Source of the DNA: an uncultured Candidatus Saccharibacteria bacterium
GTDB taxonomy: Bacteria > Patescibacteriota > Minisyncoccia > Phycocordibacterales > UBA9973
DNA length: 64,000 bases
Direction of reading: 5' to 3'
NCBI GenBank assembly: GCA_964520225.1
Contig: CAZFNV010000004.1
Coordinates: 14,520 to 78,519 of the forward strand
The notes under the pieces are model-generated. The model did not search any database. It saw only the letters and a list, made by a program, of their open reading frames with translations, and was not told the origin of the DNA. Positions 28,087-37,921 of this stretch are shown here, piece after piece (the stretch's first letter is position 1; each line of letters starts with the position of its first letter). Position numbers and translations under genes: made by a program.

Positions 28087-28599
28087 CTATCTCTTCCCGT
28101 GAGTGAATTTTTCGTGAACAGTTTCGTAATTGAAAAGTTCATTTTCAGAAAACCAGTACGCTATCTCAGCCTTTGCTTCATCTGGATCACCAGATGCGTG
28201 CAGAACATTAGGCACACCTATTTTCTGAGCATCTGCATGAGCAAAGCTCATGTGTGAATAATCACCGCGAATGGTTCCAGGTAGAGCAGATTTTGGTTCT
28301 GTAGTGCCCGCCATTTTACGAACTAGAGAAACTGCCTCTATCCCCTCGAGCACAAAAGCAATCACTGGACCTTCGGTCATCATACTGACCGTTACATCAA
28401 AAGCTTGCTGGCCACGACGAGATATCATCTTACCGATATTTTCATAGTGGTGATAAAAGTGATCAGAATCCGGTTGCAGCATTTTTGCCCCCACTATTTT
28501 GAGTCCAGCCTTCTCAAACCTAGACAATATCTCCCCCACAATACCGCGCTGAACAGAGTCAGGCTTGAAAATAATTAAAGTTCTTTCTTCGTGTTTCAT
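28087..28599 (-). CDS. ndk: Nucleoside diphosphate kinase
   Basis: ERTLIIFKPDSVQRGIVGEILSRFEKAGLKIVGAKM... and catalytic His context (...DYSHMSF..HAS). Confidence 0.9.
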   Translation of the reverse strand: MKHEERTLIIFKPDSVQRGIVGEILSRFEKAGLKIVGAKMLQPDSDHFYHHYENIGKMISRRGQQAFDVTVSMMTEGPVIAFVLEGIEAVSLVRKMAGTTEPKSALPGTIRGDYSHMSFAHADAQKIGVPNVLHASGDPDEAKAEIAYWFSENELFNYETVHEKFTHGKR

Positions 28600-28637
28600 G
28601 TCATTTATACTAGCAGAAAAAATATTTTTTGCAAAAC

Positions 28638-31409
28638 TTACTCCATGGTGTTATACCTCGCCATTATTTCTGCCTCGACTTCGGCGCGGTCACGACCGTA
28701 TTTCATATAGGAGAGTTCTTTTAGGCTATCTACTATCTCCATATTCCCCTTCTCGGGCGCGAGAGTCTTGATGTTGAAAGGCTTAGTAGGTTGCCCACGC
28801 ACCAGCATGCTCATGTAGGCATTGTAGTTGTCGAGCTTAGTAATATCGTGCGCGGTGAATTGTGGTTTGAATTTTGCTTCTAGAAAATTCGCATCTTCGG
28901 TGCCCACTCGAAACACTGCCATCGAGCCCACGTTACCGAACACTGCATTTTTGATATTATCTTCGAGCTGGGTAATGTACTGGTGGGCGATGTTGAGCGA
29001 GAGCCTGTATTTGCGGGCCTCGGACAGAATAGAGGCGATTGAGTCCGTAGTCACGTTTTGGAACTCGTCTATATATAAATAAAAATCATTCATTGGTTTC
29101 CCAAACATATCTACGCGCGACAGGGCCGCCATCTGAATTTTACCTACTAAGACAAGGCCGATGAGGTTGGCATTTATGTCCCCCAGTCTGCCTTTCGAGA
29201 GGTTAACTAGAAGTATTTTCTTCTCATCCATTATTTTACGGAAATTGAAAACAGAGTTTTGCTGAAGAACTACTGGGCGCATGATGTCATTCGAAATAAA
29301 ATTGTCGAATTTAGAAGAAATGTAAGGCACAAAGTTGGCAAGCGACTGGTCCCCCGTAGTCTGCTCGGCCGAAACCCAGAATTGCTTAATGATGGGGTTC
29401 TTGCAACGCGATAGTTTTAGATCTCGAAATTCTTTATCGGCTAGCACCCGAGTGATTTCAAGCAATGTAGAACCTGATTCTGGATCCTCCATGACAAGGA
29501 AGGCTGAGTTTCTGAAATATTGCTCGAACATTGCTCCCCCGCCCACCTTCATATCGAAAAGTTTGTTGAATATGCCCATGAGTTCGTTCACCACGAATGT
29601 CTTCTGCTCTGGATACCTCGGATCATATTCGAGCATATTGAGCCCCATCGGGCGTGGAGTATATGAAGGATCAAAATATATAACATCATCCATTCGCTCT
29701 TTTGGAATACGAGAAAGTATGGTCTGTATGTCGGTACCGTGCGGATCTATGTAGCAACATCCATCCCCGTTCCTGATATCCTGAGTGATCATATTGAGCA
29801 TTATATTGGTCTTACCGGTACCTGTCTGACCAATCACATAGAAATGGCGCATGCGGTCCTCGCGCGCAAGATGAATCTCGGTATCTCGGCCTCGATAACT
29901 ATTGATTCCAAGAACTATACCCTCCTGGCCCATCTCGATAGGCGCAGGGGCAATACCAGACTTGGCCTCCTTGAGTTGAGGCTGATTGCCCACACCCACT
30001 GGAAAGTGGAAAACAGAAGCAAGCTCCCTTAGGTTCATCGGCAAAACATTGTCTCTAGAAAATATGCGATATGAAAAATCATGGAATAATTCCTTGAGCT
30101 GACTCCCCGCCGCCTCCTTGAATACAATGGAATTGCTCGCTGCTTCCGCAAACTGGTTAAAGGAAGACTCTATCTCTTTCAATATTGCCTGTGCGCGCTC
30201 CCTAGACTCACCCGAGGCAATAATCCGAATGTTGGTCTTCATTATTGAACTCTTAACCTTATTCCCTATTTTCTCTGCTGCACCTTCGTCCACTGCACGC
30301 CTACCCTTCATGTATTTGTCTGGATTCTTAGACTCTGGAGCTCTGTCTTTCTGACCAAATATAAGCTCCTTTCCTGCACTCCACATCGCGTGCTTGAATT
30401 TATATAAATTATCATTTGCGTGCTTGACCGACATGCCGTCTTTTACGTCGTCCAAAATCGCATGAAACTCATTGATGAATTTATCTCCAGCGGGCGCAAT
30501 GGTGAGCTGTATCGCCGCACCTTCGCCTGCGGTCTTTAGCTTAGAGAAAACATTAAGTATTGGATTCATGGGGTCGTGCTCAATATTGTCATACGTCTTG
30601 ATCGGCATTACCCCACGCTCAGTGAAGGTGGCGTATGCTCCCGCAGAACCACCCTGCTCATTAAAAATATTATAGTCATCGGTAACTTCCCGAACCTTAG
30701 CGTTGTGATAAAAAGCCAACACCTGCTTCTCAAAAAGAGTTATGTGCTTGTTCGGAATGCTCGCATATATCACTACTTCATCAGTATCTACAGCAAGCGC
30801 AATTTCGAGGGTAAAATAATTTTCTTCAGAATTATTTTTCCCTAGTGAAATAGAATTCATTCCAGCATAAAACTGCTCCATTGCCCCGATGAATTCCTTG
30901 AAATTTTTCGATTTGTCGGCTTCGTCTTCTGGGGTCGGCAGAGTTATCTCAAACAGCGTCATATTGAGAGCTTTATAGAGCGGTGTTCCCTCTTTAAAAT
31001 CTGCAACAACTTGTCCAGTTTTCAAATATTGCACCAATATACGATGAAAGTCGTCGTCCACGTGCGGATTACCCATCTGGGCCACCACGGTAAGCGCATT
31101 CTTGATTCCATTCACCAGCATTATGCCTAGAAGCTCCTCCATCACGGTGTCGTGCGGTTCGGGCTTGAGCGCGAGCACTATACCCTCAGCTTGCTTTTCT
31201 TTTACCATCGCGCTATCGTGCACAGCCTCTCTCGCTGGAACTTTTTTGTATTCCATGGCCACATCCTTGGCAGCCTGGTCACCAGCTGATTCGAAATGCC
31301 CCTTAGCAATGAGCTCCTCCTCGCGCGCCTTCACATGCTCACGCAGGTAAGACAACTCCTCTTCTGGAGTCTTAAACTTCGGCATTTCTTTCAGAAACGA
31401 AGGGTTCAC
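28638..31409 (-). CDS. HerA/VirB4/FtsK-superfamily P-loop ATPase (DUF87-like) with ~470-aa uncharacterised N-terminal region
   Basis: Walker A HFYVIGQTGTGKTN, downstream CYIDPHGT (HerA-type DPhGE box), Walker B FYLYIDEFQN, and Arg-finger/Q motif EARKYRLSLNIAHQYITQL. No TM segments. Confidence 0.6.
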   Translation of the reverse strand: MNPSFLKEMPKFKTPEEELSYLREHVKAREEELIAKGHFESAGDQAAKDVAMEYKKVPAREAVHDSAMVKEKQAEGIVLALKPEPHDTVMEELLGIMLVNGIKNALTVVAQMGNPHVDDDFHRILVQYLKTGQVVADFKEGTPLYKALNMTLFEITLPTPEDEADKSKNFKEFIGAMEQFYAGMNSISLGKNNSEENYFTLEIALAVDTDEVVIYASIPNKHITLFEKQVLAFYHNAKVREVTDDYNIFNEQGGSAGAYATFTERGVMPIKTYDNIEHDPMNPILNVFSKLKTAGEGAAIQLTIAPAGDKFINEFHAILDDVKDGMSVKHANDNLYKFKHAMWSAGKELIFGQKDRAPESKNPDKYMKGRRAVDEGAAEKIGNKVKSSIMKTNIRIIASGESRERAQAILKEIESSFNQFAEAASNSIVFKEAAGSQLKELFHDFSYRIFSRDNVLPMNLRELASVFHFPVGVGNQPQLKEAKSGIAPAPIEMGQEGIVLGINSYRGRDTEIHLAREDRMRHFYVIGQTGTGKTNIMLNMITQDIRNGDGCCYIDPHGTDIQTILSRIPKERMDDVIYFDPSYTPRPMGLNMLEYDPRYPEQKTFVVNELMGIFNKLFDMKVGGGAMFEQYFRNSAFLVMEDPESGSTLLEITRVLADKEFRDLKLSRCKNPIIKQFWVSAEQTTGDQSLANFVPYISSKFDNFISNDIMRPVVLQQNSVFNFRKIMDEKKILLVNLSKGRLGDINANLIGLVLVGKIQMAALSRVDMFGKPMNDFYLYIDEFQNVTTDSIASILSEARKYRLSLNIAHQYITQLEDNIKNAVFGNVGSMAVFRVGTEDANFLEAKFKPQFTAHDITKLDNYNAYMSMLVRGQPTKPFNIKTLAPEKGNMEIVDSLKELSYMKYGRDRAEVEAEIMARYNTME

Positions 31410-31421
31410 TATTTAATTATA

Positions 31422-32192
31422 CTACAAGCTGGTTAAGATTTCTCCACCGTTTTTGGTGATGAGTATAGTGTGTTCGAAGTGAGCACTCTTTTTACGGTCG
31501 GCAGTGCGGAAGGTCCAGTCGTCAGCGTCTAGGGTTACATTTTTAGTCCCCAAGTTAAGCATCGGCTCAAGCGCCACCACCATGCCTTCTACTAGTTTTT
31601 CTCCTTTGCCTTTCTTGCCAAAGTTTGGGATAAACGGATCTTCGTGAATTGCTTTCCCCACACCGTGGCCGGCGAGGATTTCAACTATTCCATACTTACC
31701 TTGCGAACGCACAAACTTTTCTATTGCGTAGCCTATATCACCGACAGTGCCCCCGACAACCGCTGCACTTATGCCCACCTGAAGGGCTTTCTCGGTAACT
31801 TCTAGAAGTTTTTTGTCTTCTAGAGAAATTTTACCCACTGGCACCGTCATGGCCATATCGGTAAAAAACCCGCGATGTTTTACTCCGAGGTCAATGGACA
31901 CTATGTCTCCTTCTTTTAAAATTCTGTCTTCTCTCGGAATGCCGTGCACAACTTCATCATTTACTGATACGCAGAGCGATGCCGGGAAAGGAGTGCTCGC
32001 GCCTTCTGGTCGATAATTTAAAAAGGCCGGCTCATCTCCAGCCTCGCGTATAACTCGCTCAGCATAAATATCTAGTTCTTTAGTAGAAACTCCTGGCGCA
32101 ACTTTTTCTGCAACCTTATGAAGCGCAAAAGCGAGGCGCTTCCCACCTTCTCTTATTATCTCTATTTCTTCTGGGGTCTTAATTATTATCAT
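31422..32192 (-). CDS. map: Methionine aminopeptidase type I
   Basis: Pita-bread fold with metal ligands (D..D..H..E..E pattern: FTDMAMT, HGVGK, VVALEP). Confidence 0.9.
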   Translation of the reverse strand: MIIIKTPEEIEIIREGGKRLAFALHKVAEKVAPGVSTKELDIYAERVIREAGDEPAFLNYRPEGASTPFPASLCVSVNDEVVHGIPREDRILKEGDIVSIDLGVKHRGFFTDMAMTVPVGKISLEDKKLLEVTEKALQVGISAAVVGGTVGDIGYAIEKFVRSQGKYGIVEILAGHGVGKAIHEDPFIPNFGKKGKGEKLVEGMVVALEPMLNLGTKNVTLDADDWTFRTADRKKSAHFEHTILITKNGGEILTSL

Positions 32193-32869
32193 GAAATTAT
32201 CGTGCCCGCGAATTGCTCTCCCAGCAGAGCCTTGCGAAGATTGTCTATTGGTTTGCCGTTCATTATCATGACTGTCATCTTGTTTTGCTCAGCTTTTTCT
32301 GAAGCAATTGGATCAAACGGAGTGTTTAGACCAGAGTGAGTCCAACTTTTAGGGATAAGGTTGCGATAGTCCTGCCAAGAAATTTTCTCAATTTTTTTAG
32401 CATTAGGATTTTGTTTAGGGTCAGAATCATAAACATAATCAGTGTTAGAGACATTTATTATTTTACTTGCTCCCACCTGCTCGGCCATCATCACTGCATC
32501 GTAGTCAGTACTCCAGCCCGGCTTCCAACCAGCGCCAATAATTATTGACTTGGTGAAAACTGCAAGCTTAGATGGGTCTAGTATTATTTCTTCCTCAGCA
32601 ACTTCTCCAAAAGACATTCTGACCAACTCTGCGTTCAGTCTAGTAGTATGAATACCTATCCAATCGAGATCAATATTGGTAGCTTTGATTGTTTTACCTA
32701 GAGCTTCCTGATAGTAGCGGCAAACTTTACCTCCACCAACAATAATTACGAAACGTTTGCCTTTAGATACTTCTTCCAGGATAAGTTCTTTAAAAACATT
32801 TATGAATTCAGGATCTGGCTTCTCCGGTACAACCATCGAACCACCCAGAGAAATGACAATCGTTTCCAT
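32189..32869 (-). CDS. Amino-acid-kinase-family enzyme, archaeal-type UMP kinase-like
   Basis: ISLGGSMV... N-terminal and IIVGGGKVCRYY glycine-rich motifs of UMPK/IPK-type kinases. About 226 aa. Confidence 0.5.
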   Translation of the reverse strand: METIVISLGGSMVVPEKPDPEFINVFKELILEEVSKGKRFVIIVGGGKVCRYYQEALGKTIKATNIDLDWIGIHTTRLNAELVRMSFGEVAEEEIILDPSKLAVFTKSIIIGAGWKPGWSTDYDAVMMAEQVGASKIINVSNTDYVYDSDPKQNPNAKKIEKISWQDYRNLIPKSWTHSGLNTPFDPIASEKAEQNKMTVMIMNGKPIDNLRKALLGEQFAGTIIS

Positions 32870-32874
32870 ATTTT

Positions 32875-33480
32875 TTATTTAGCTAGCCCTAGCTTGGTAA
32901 TGATTTCTTGATGTACCTCGTCGATGGTCTGCTCACCATTTATTTCTATAAAATTGAACCCTAATTTATTGCGAAAATATTCTATGGACGGCATCACGTC
33001 TTTTTCATACCAGGTCAAGCGATTCTGTATTTTCTCCGGCGTATCGTCTGCGCGCTGCCTCTCCATCATGCGAGCGTAAGACCAATCTTTCGATACATTC
33101 ATTAATATGATGTTAGGCTTATTTATTTTATAAAAATCAAAAAGTGAATCGAGGGCCACCGACTCTTCGAGTCTACGACAAACCCCGTCTAAGATCATAC
33201 TTTCTTTACCTGAGAATTTCTCTACTATAATCCCGGTCCATATCCAGATCGGCAAAAACACTGGAATTAGTAAGCCATTAGAAAGTATATTGTGCACACT
33301 CTGTCCGAGTAGATTGCTTTGCTTCGAAAGCTCTCGAAAAGTGCTGCCTGTCTCAACATATATAAGTTCTTTCCCTTGCTGTTTCAATAGTTCTGCTAGG
33401 AGCTTGGCCTGAGTACCCTTTCCGCATCCGGACCTGCCAAAAAAAACAAAAGCCTGTGGATTCATAACCACACAATACAC
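32875..33480 (-). CDS. adk: Adenylate kinase (divergent)
   Basis: P-loop FFGRSGCGKGTQ in the canonical secY-adk-map position. Confidence 0.75.
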   Translation of the reverse strand: MYCVVMNPQAFVFFGRSGCGKGTQAKLLAELLKQQGKELIYVETGSTFRELSKQSNLLGQSVHNILSNGLLIPVFLPIWIWTGIIVEKFSGKESMILDGVCRRLEESVALDSLFDFYKINKPNIILMNVSKDWSYARMMERQRADDTPEKIQNRLTWYEKDVMPSIEYFRNKLGFNFIEINGEQTIDEVHQEIITKLGLAK

Positions 33481-33514
33481 ATTTTCCCTTATAAAATCAA
33501 GGAGATAGGACGGA

Positions 33515-34786
33515 TTAATACTCGCGCATTGAGACTTGAGCGTCGATCTTTTTGATGAGGTCTAGAACCACAGAAACAACGATAAGAATGGAGGTACCAC
33601 CAAGCGCAAGCGAGGTGATGCCTGTTAAGTGTTGCATTATTATAGGAAGCACAGCAATAAACCCCAAGAAAACCGCACCTAGTAAGGTGATTCGGCTTAA
33701 AACTTTAGAAATATATTCTGCGGTTGAAACACCCGGGCGAATGCCTGGAATGAATGCACCGTTCTTCTGCAAGTTGGTAGATAGGGCATCTGGATCGAAA
33801 GTTACCGCGGTGTAGAAATAAGTAAACAAAAACACGAGAATGAAATAAAGTATCGCATAGAGAAGGCTCGTCTGCGAGAAAGACATTAGCACTTCAGAAA
33901 CTTTTACGGCTACCGGATGACTAAAACGCGCCAAGAATGTTCCGATCATCTGAGGAAAAAGCAGTATAGAGAGCGCAAAGATTATAGGGATAACTCCAGC
34001 CTGATTAACGCGTAGCGGTAGATAGGTCGTTCCGCCGCCATATACTTTCATACCTCGCACGCGCTTAGCATAAGTCACTGGTATTGGACGCTCTGCCTCA
34101 GTTACAGTAACAATGCCTGCGATTATGAGCACTGAGGCAATCGCAAACATTGCAAACAGAGGAATTTGTGAAGGATCGAAAGTGAATATGAGCTCGTTGA
34201 CATGAGTAGGTAGCACTGACACGATACCTGCGAATATAACTATGGAGACACCGTTCCCAATGCCGAATTCTGAAATGAGCTCGCCTAGCCACATTATAAG
34301 TATCGCTCCAGCTACCACTATGAGCACATTGAGGAACCTGTCGAAACCACCAAGGTTTGTAAGAATTCCCTGATTTTCTAGTATTGCAAGCAAGGCGAAA
34401 CCCTGAATGAAAGCTAGTGGCACAGTAAGGAGTCGAGAATATTGAGTGAATCGCTTCCTGCCCGCCTCACCTTCCTCGTGGTATATCTTCTTGAGCGCTG
34501 GCACCATTATAGTGAGAAGCTGCATTATGATCGAGCTAGTGATGTAGGGACCAACACCGAGCATGATGATAGATAGGTTGGCCAAACCACCACCAGAGAA
34601 AATGTTAAGAATTCCAAAAAATTGATTGTTGGATAAAAAGCGCTCGAGCGCTACGGTGTCAATTCCAGGAATCGGAATCGCAGAAAGTAAACGAAAAACC
34701 ACAAGTGCAAAAAGCACAAACAATACTTTCCTGCGAAGCATTGCGTCAGTATAAATCAACTTTATTTTTGTCCAAAAATTTTGCAT
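33515..34786 (-). CDS. secY: Preprotein translocase subunit SecY
   Basis: 10-TM SecY topology and plug region, at the end of the spc operon. Confidence 0.95.
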   Translation of the reverse strand: MQNFWTKIKLIYTDAMLRRKVLFVLFALVVFRLLSAIPIPGIDTVALERFLSNNQFFGILNIFSGGGLANLSIIMLGVGPYITSSIIMQLLTIMVPALKKIYHEEGEAGRKRFTQYSRLLTVPLAFIQGFALLAILENQGILTNLGGFDRFLNVLIVVAGAILIMWLGELISEFGIGNGVSIVIFAGIVSVLPTHVNELIFTFDPSQIPLFAMFAIASVLIIAGIVTVTEAERPIPVTYAKRVRGMKVYGGGTTYLPLRVNQAGVIPIIFALSILLFPQMIGTFLARFSHPVAVKVSEVLMSFSQTSLLYAILYFILVFLFTYFYTAVTFDPDALSTNLQKNGAFIPGIRPGVSTAEYISKVLSRITLLGAVFLGFIAVLPIIMQHLTGITSLALGGTSILIVVSVVLDLIKKIDAQVSMREY

Positions 34787-34787
34787 T

Positions 34788-35090
34788 TTATGATCTAACC
34801 ACTATCTTCCCGCCTTTGATTCCAAGCCTTTTACGTAGTGCAGAAAAAGTTTCTTTACCCTCTACTTTTTCTTTTGCAACCCTAACTGTCTTGCGAACAG
34901 AATTAAAACGATATCCGCGCGCTTTCGGCAACTTCTTAATGATATCACGAAGCTCAGGCCTGCGCTTGTTACCCGCGCGTGCGGTCTGCCCTTTGCCTCC
35001 TCGGCCAGAAGTCTTGGCGTGCTTGCCGCCGCGACCGACTATGCGGTCCTTCTTATTCTTATGTTGTCTTTTTAAATTATGTGTCTGCAT
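34788..35090 (-). CDS. rplO: 50S ribosomal protein L15 (short form)
   Basis: KNKKDRIVGRGGKHAKTSGRGGKGQ... Gly/Arg-rich L15 N-terminus. It overlaps the rpsE end, so there is no L30 gene. Confidence 0.8.
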   Translation of the reverse strand: MQTHNLKRQHKNKKDRIVGRGGKHAKTSGRGGKGQTARAGNKRRPELRDIIKKLPKARGYRFNSVRKTVRVAKEKVEGKETFSALRKRLGIKGGKIVVRS

Positions 35091-35101
35091 GAGAGTGGTA
35101 T

Positions 35102-35662
35102 TTATTTTTTAATCTCTGTAGCTGGAGCCGGCTCTGCTTTTTCAGTAGTAGCGCTCTCAGAACCCTTATATTTCTCCCCAATGATAGATAGGGCCTGAAT
35201 AGTAGCTTTAGCGTTGTTTAATTTATTCTTGCTGTTGGAGAGTATTTTAGCAGTTATGTCTCGGACTCCAGCAAGTTTAACTATATCGCGCACCACAGAA
35301 CCAGCTACGAGACCTCGCCCTTTGTTTGGAAGAAGAGCAACCTTACAACTAGAGAATTTAGCGGAAAGTTCATAAGGGATAGAAAGGGTTTTAGTTAGCT
35401 TAAGCTTGACCATGTTCTTCCTCGCGCTTCGTAGAGCCTTCGCAATAGCAAGCGCAGTATCCCCCGCCTTACCTAGACCAAGCCCCACCGCACCCTTCCT
35501 GTCACCGGCAACTAGCGCCACTGAGAAAGAAAACCTGCGACCGCCAGCCACCACACGAGTAACCCTGCGGATATCGATAATTTTCTGATCAAACTCTGGC
35601 TTAGGCCTGCTGAAAGATCCCCCTCGTCTGCTGTTATTCTTTTTTTCTTTTCCTTGTTCCAT
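35102..35662 (-). CDS. rpsE: 30S ribosomal protein S5 (with C-terminal extension)
   Basis: RRVTRVVAGGRRFSFSVALVAGDRKGAVGLGLGKA... S5 dsRBD plus C-terminal domain. Confidence 0.9.
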   Translation of the reverse strand: MEQGKEKKNNSRRGGSFSRPKPEFDQKIIDIRRVTRVVAGGRRFSFSVALVAGDRKGAVGLGLGKAGDTALAIAKALRSARKNMVKLKLTKTLSIPYELSAKFSSCKVALLPNKGRGLVAGSVVRDIVKLAGVRDITAKILSNSKNKLNNAKATIQALSIIGEKYKGSESATTEKAEPAPATEIKK

Positions 35663-35676
35663 ATTTTTTGTTTACT

Positions 35677-36018
35677 CTAAAATTTAAGCCCGCCAGCACG
35701 CGCCTCATCCGCGACCAGTCTTACGCGACCAGTATACTTGAAACCGTTGCGATCAAACACCACCGTGGTAATACCTGCTTTCTTGCAAGCCTCAGCCACT
35801 AGTTTACCTACTTCCTTGGCGCGAGTAGTCTTTGTACCTTTTGCGGCCTTAATGTCGCTCACTGACACAATTGTCTTGCCTGTCGCATCATCGATAACCT
35901 GTGCATAAATAAACTTGTTCGAGCGGAACACCGACAAACGAGGACGCGCTTCTGTGCCAGTCACCCTTGTTCTGATTTTCTTCTTTAGTCGTATTCTTTT
36001 GTCGGTTTTATTTTTCAT
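35677..36018 (-). CDS. rplR: 50S ribosomal protein L18
   Basis: L18 family: RPRLSVFRSNKFIYAQVIDD... Confidence 0.85.
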   Translation of the reverse strand: MKNKTDKRIRLKKKIRTRVTGTEARPRLSVFRSNKFIYAQVIDDATGKTIVSVSDIKAAKGTKTTRAKEVGKLVAEACKKAGITTVVFDRNGFKYTGRVRLVADEARAGGLKF

Positions 36019-36061
36019 ATTACTTTATAACCCTGCCTGCGGCAGGCAGGTTTTTACTTAT

Positions 36062-36595
36062 TTAGACTGTCTTCTTACCCTGCTTGCGTCTAATAACTTC
36101 GTTATCATAACGCATACCCTTACCTTTATATGGCTCTGGCTTCTTGAGAGCGCGAATCATTGCAGCGAAACTCCCCACTAATTCTTTATCTATGCCAGTT
36201 ATGGTTATGTTATTTTTCTCAGCAGTCGCGGTAATACCTTCTGGTATCGGCACGACAACCGGATGAGAAAACCCTAGGGCAAAATGAAACTCTTTACCTT
36301 TGACTTCAGACTTGAATCCAACTCCTTCTAGGATAAGTTTCTTCTGGAAAGGCTTCTCTGAACCTAGAATCATGTTCTTGATATGCGCTGCGTATGTTCC
36401 CCAGAGAGCTTTAGAAAATTTATCGTTGCGCTTGGTACCCAAAGTGATAACCGCATCGCCAACTGATATAGTTATGTCGTCTCGGAAAGATCTGGTGAGT
36501 GTTCCTTTAGGGCCAACTACAGTAATAGTGTTGCCATCCTTGGTAACTCTGACTCCGCTCGGTATTTTTATTTCTTGTTTACCTATTCTTGACAT
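36062..36595 (-). CDS. rplF: 50S ribosomal protein L6
   Basis: MSRIGKQEIKIPSGV... duplicated L6 domains. Confidence 0.9.
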   Translation of the reverse strand: MSRIGKQEIKIPSGVRVTKDGNTITVVGPKGTLTRSFRDDITISVGDAVITLGTKRNDKFSKALWGTYAAHIKNMILGSEKPFQKKLILEGVGFKSEVKGKEFHFALGFSHPVVVPIPEGITATAEKNNITITGIDKELVGSFAAMIRALKKPEPYKGKGMRYDNEVIRRKQGKKTV

Positions 36596-36604
36596 ATTAT
36601 TTAT

Positions 36605-36991
36605 TTACCAAATTCTAAATAACGCTTCGCCTCCAACCTGCTCTTTACGAGCCTCCTTGCCTGTCAGAATACCTTTTGGAGTTGAAAGCACTAAGAGCCC
36701 TGTACCATTACGAACTGAATGAATATCCTTTACCCCGAAATACACTCGGCGTGATTGTTTAGAAATTCGCTCCACTTCTCTGATCCTAGGCGCTTTATCT
36801 TTGTACACAAGCTCTACTTCGAGCACTGGATGATCGCGCCTAACTTTCTTGGCAAAACCACTGATATATCCCTCCTTTTTCAAGCATTCTAAAATAGCAT
36901 TTTTCAACTTTGAATAAGGCAAAACCACAGAGTCCTTGCCTGCAAGTGAGCCGTTCTTTATTGCTATTATCATGTTAGAAATTGGATCCAT
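36605..36991 (-). CDS. rpsH: 30S ribosomal protein S8
   Basis: MDPISNMIIAIKNG... S8 family. Confidence 0.9.
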   Translation of the reverse strand: MDPISNMIIAIKNGSLAGKDSVVLPYSKLKNAILECLKKEGYISGFAKKVRRDHPVLEVELVYKDKAPRIREVERISKQSRRVYFGVKDIHSVRNGTGLLVLSTPKGILTGKEARKEQVGGEALFRIW

Positions 36992-37007
36992 AGAATTTTA
37001 TAGGAAA

Positions 37008-37193
37008 TTACCAGCTGGACTTTCGCACACCTGGTAGCATGCCTTCGTTCGCAAGTTCTCGGAAACATATTCGGCATATACCGAAATCACGCATAAAAGC
37101 ATTACCTCGACCGCATTTAAAACAACGATTCTTGGATCGTGTAGAAAATTTTGGTTTTTTAAGCGCGCGCGCTTTTACAGATGTCTTTGCCAT
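37008..37193 (-). CDS. rpsZ: 30S ribosomal protein S14, type Z (zinc-binding)
   Basis: 61 aa with [10 protein letters not shown]...CRICFRE CxxC pairs. Confidence 0.9.
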   Translation of the reverse strand: MAKTSVKARALKKPKFSTRSKNRCFKCGRGNAFMRDFGICRICFRELANEGMLPGVRKSSW

Positions 37194-37333
37194 ACTATTA
37201 AAAAAGTCTATTCGTATAGGAGATATCGTGTATTTTTACTCAAAACCCCGATAGAACCTTGAGTAGAAACACAGATCAACCCACAACCTTAGACTCCTGT
37301 TATCTTAGCAGGTTTTGAGCCGAGAGTCAAATC

Positions 37334-37912
37334 CTATTTCTTTTTACCCCTCCCCTCCTTCGCATCTTCTTTCTTGAAAGGAACACCAAGGAGTTCGAAG
37401 AATTCCAGACCCTCCTTTCTGTCTTTTGCAGAAGATACTAGGGTAATAGACATACCGAAAACATCACGAATATCTTCGTCAGCAGTTTCAGGGAATATTG
37501 TGTGTTCTTTGATTCCAATGGAGAGATTGCCAATGTTGTCTACCCCGCTCTTGTTGATTCCTCGAAAGTCCTTCGTGCGAGGAATAGCCACATTTATCAG
37601 CTTATCCAAAAATGCGTACATTCTCTTGCCTCGTAGAGTAGCCACTACGCCGATAGGATCACCTTGGCGAATTTTGAAGGATGACACAGACTGCTTCGCT
37701 CCACGAAAAGCTGTTTTTTGACCAGTTATTTTTGCAAGACGCTCTGCCACAAGATCATTCTTCTTGTTGTCTTTCTTCATTAAGGTCCCGGTACCAACGT
37801 TCAACACAACCTTCTTCATCTTTGGCGCAGCCATCACATTCTTGTAGCCAAAAGAATCCTTAAGCTTCGCGAACGCTTCCTCTTCTCTTTGTTTTACTGT
37901 TTTATGTGACAT
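37334..37912 (-). CDS. rplE: 50S ribosomal protein L5
   Basis: L5 family (...GQKTAFRGAKQSVSSFKIRQGDPIGV...). Confidence 0.9.
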   Translation of the reverse strand: MSHKTVKQREEEAFAKLKDSFGYKNVMAAPKMKKVVLNVGTGTLMKKDNKKNDLVAERLAKITGQKTAFRGAKQSVSSFKIRQGDPIGVVATLRGKRMYAFLDKLINVAIPRTKDFRGINKSGVDNIGNLSIGIKEHTIFPETADEDIRDVFGMSITLVSSAKDRKEGLEFFELLGVPFKKEDAKEGRGKKK

Positions 37913-37921
37913 ATTCTATCT

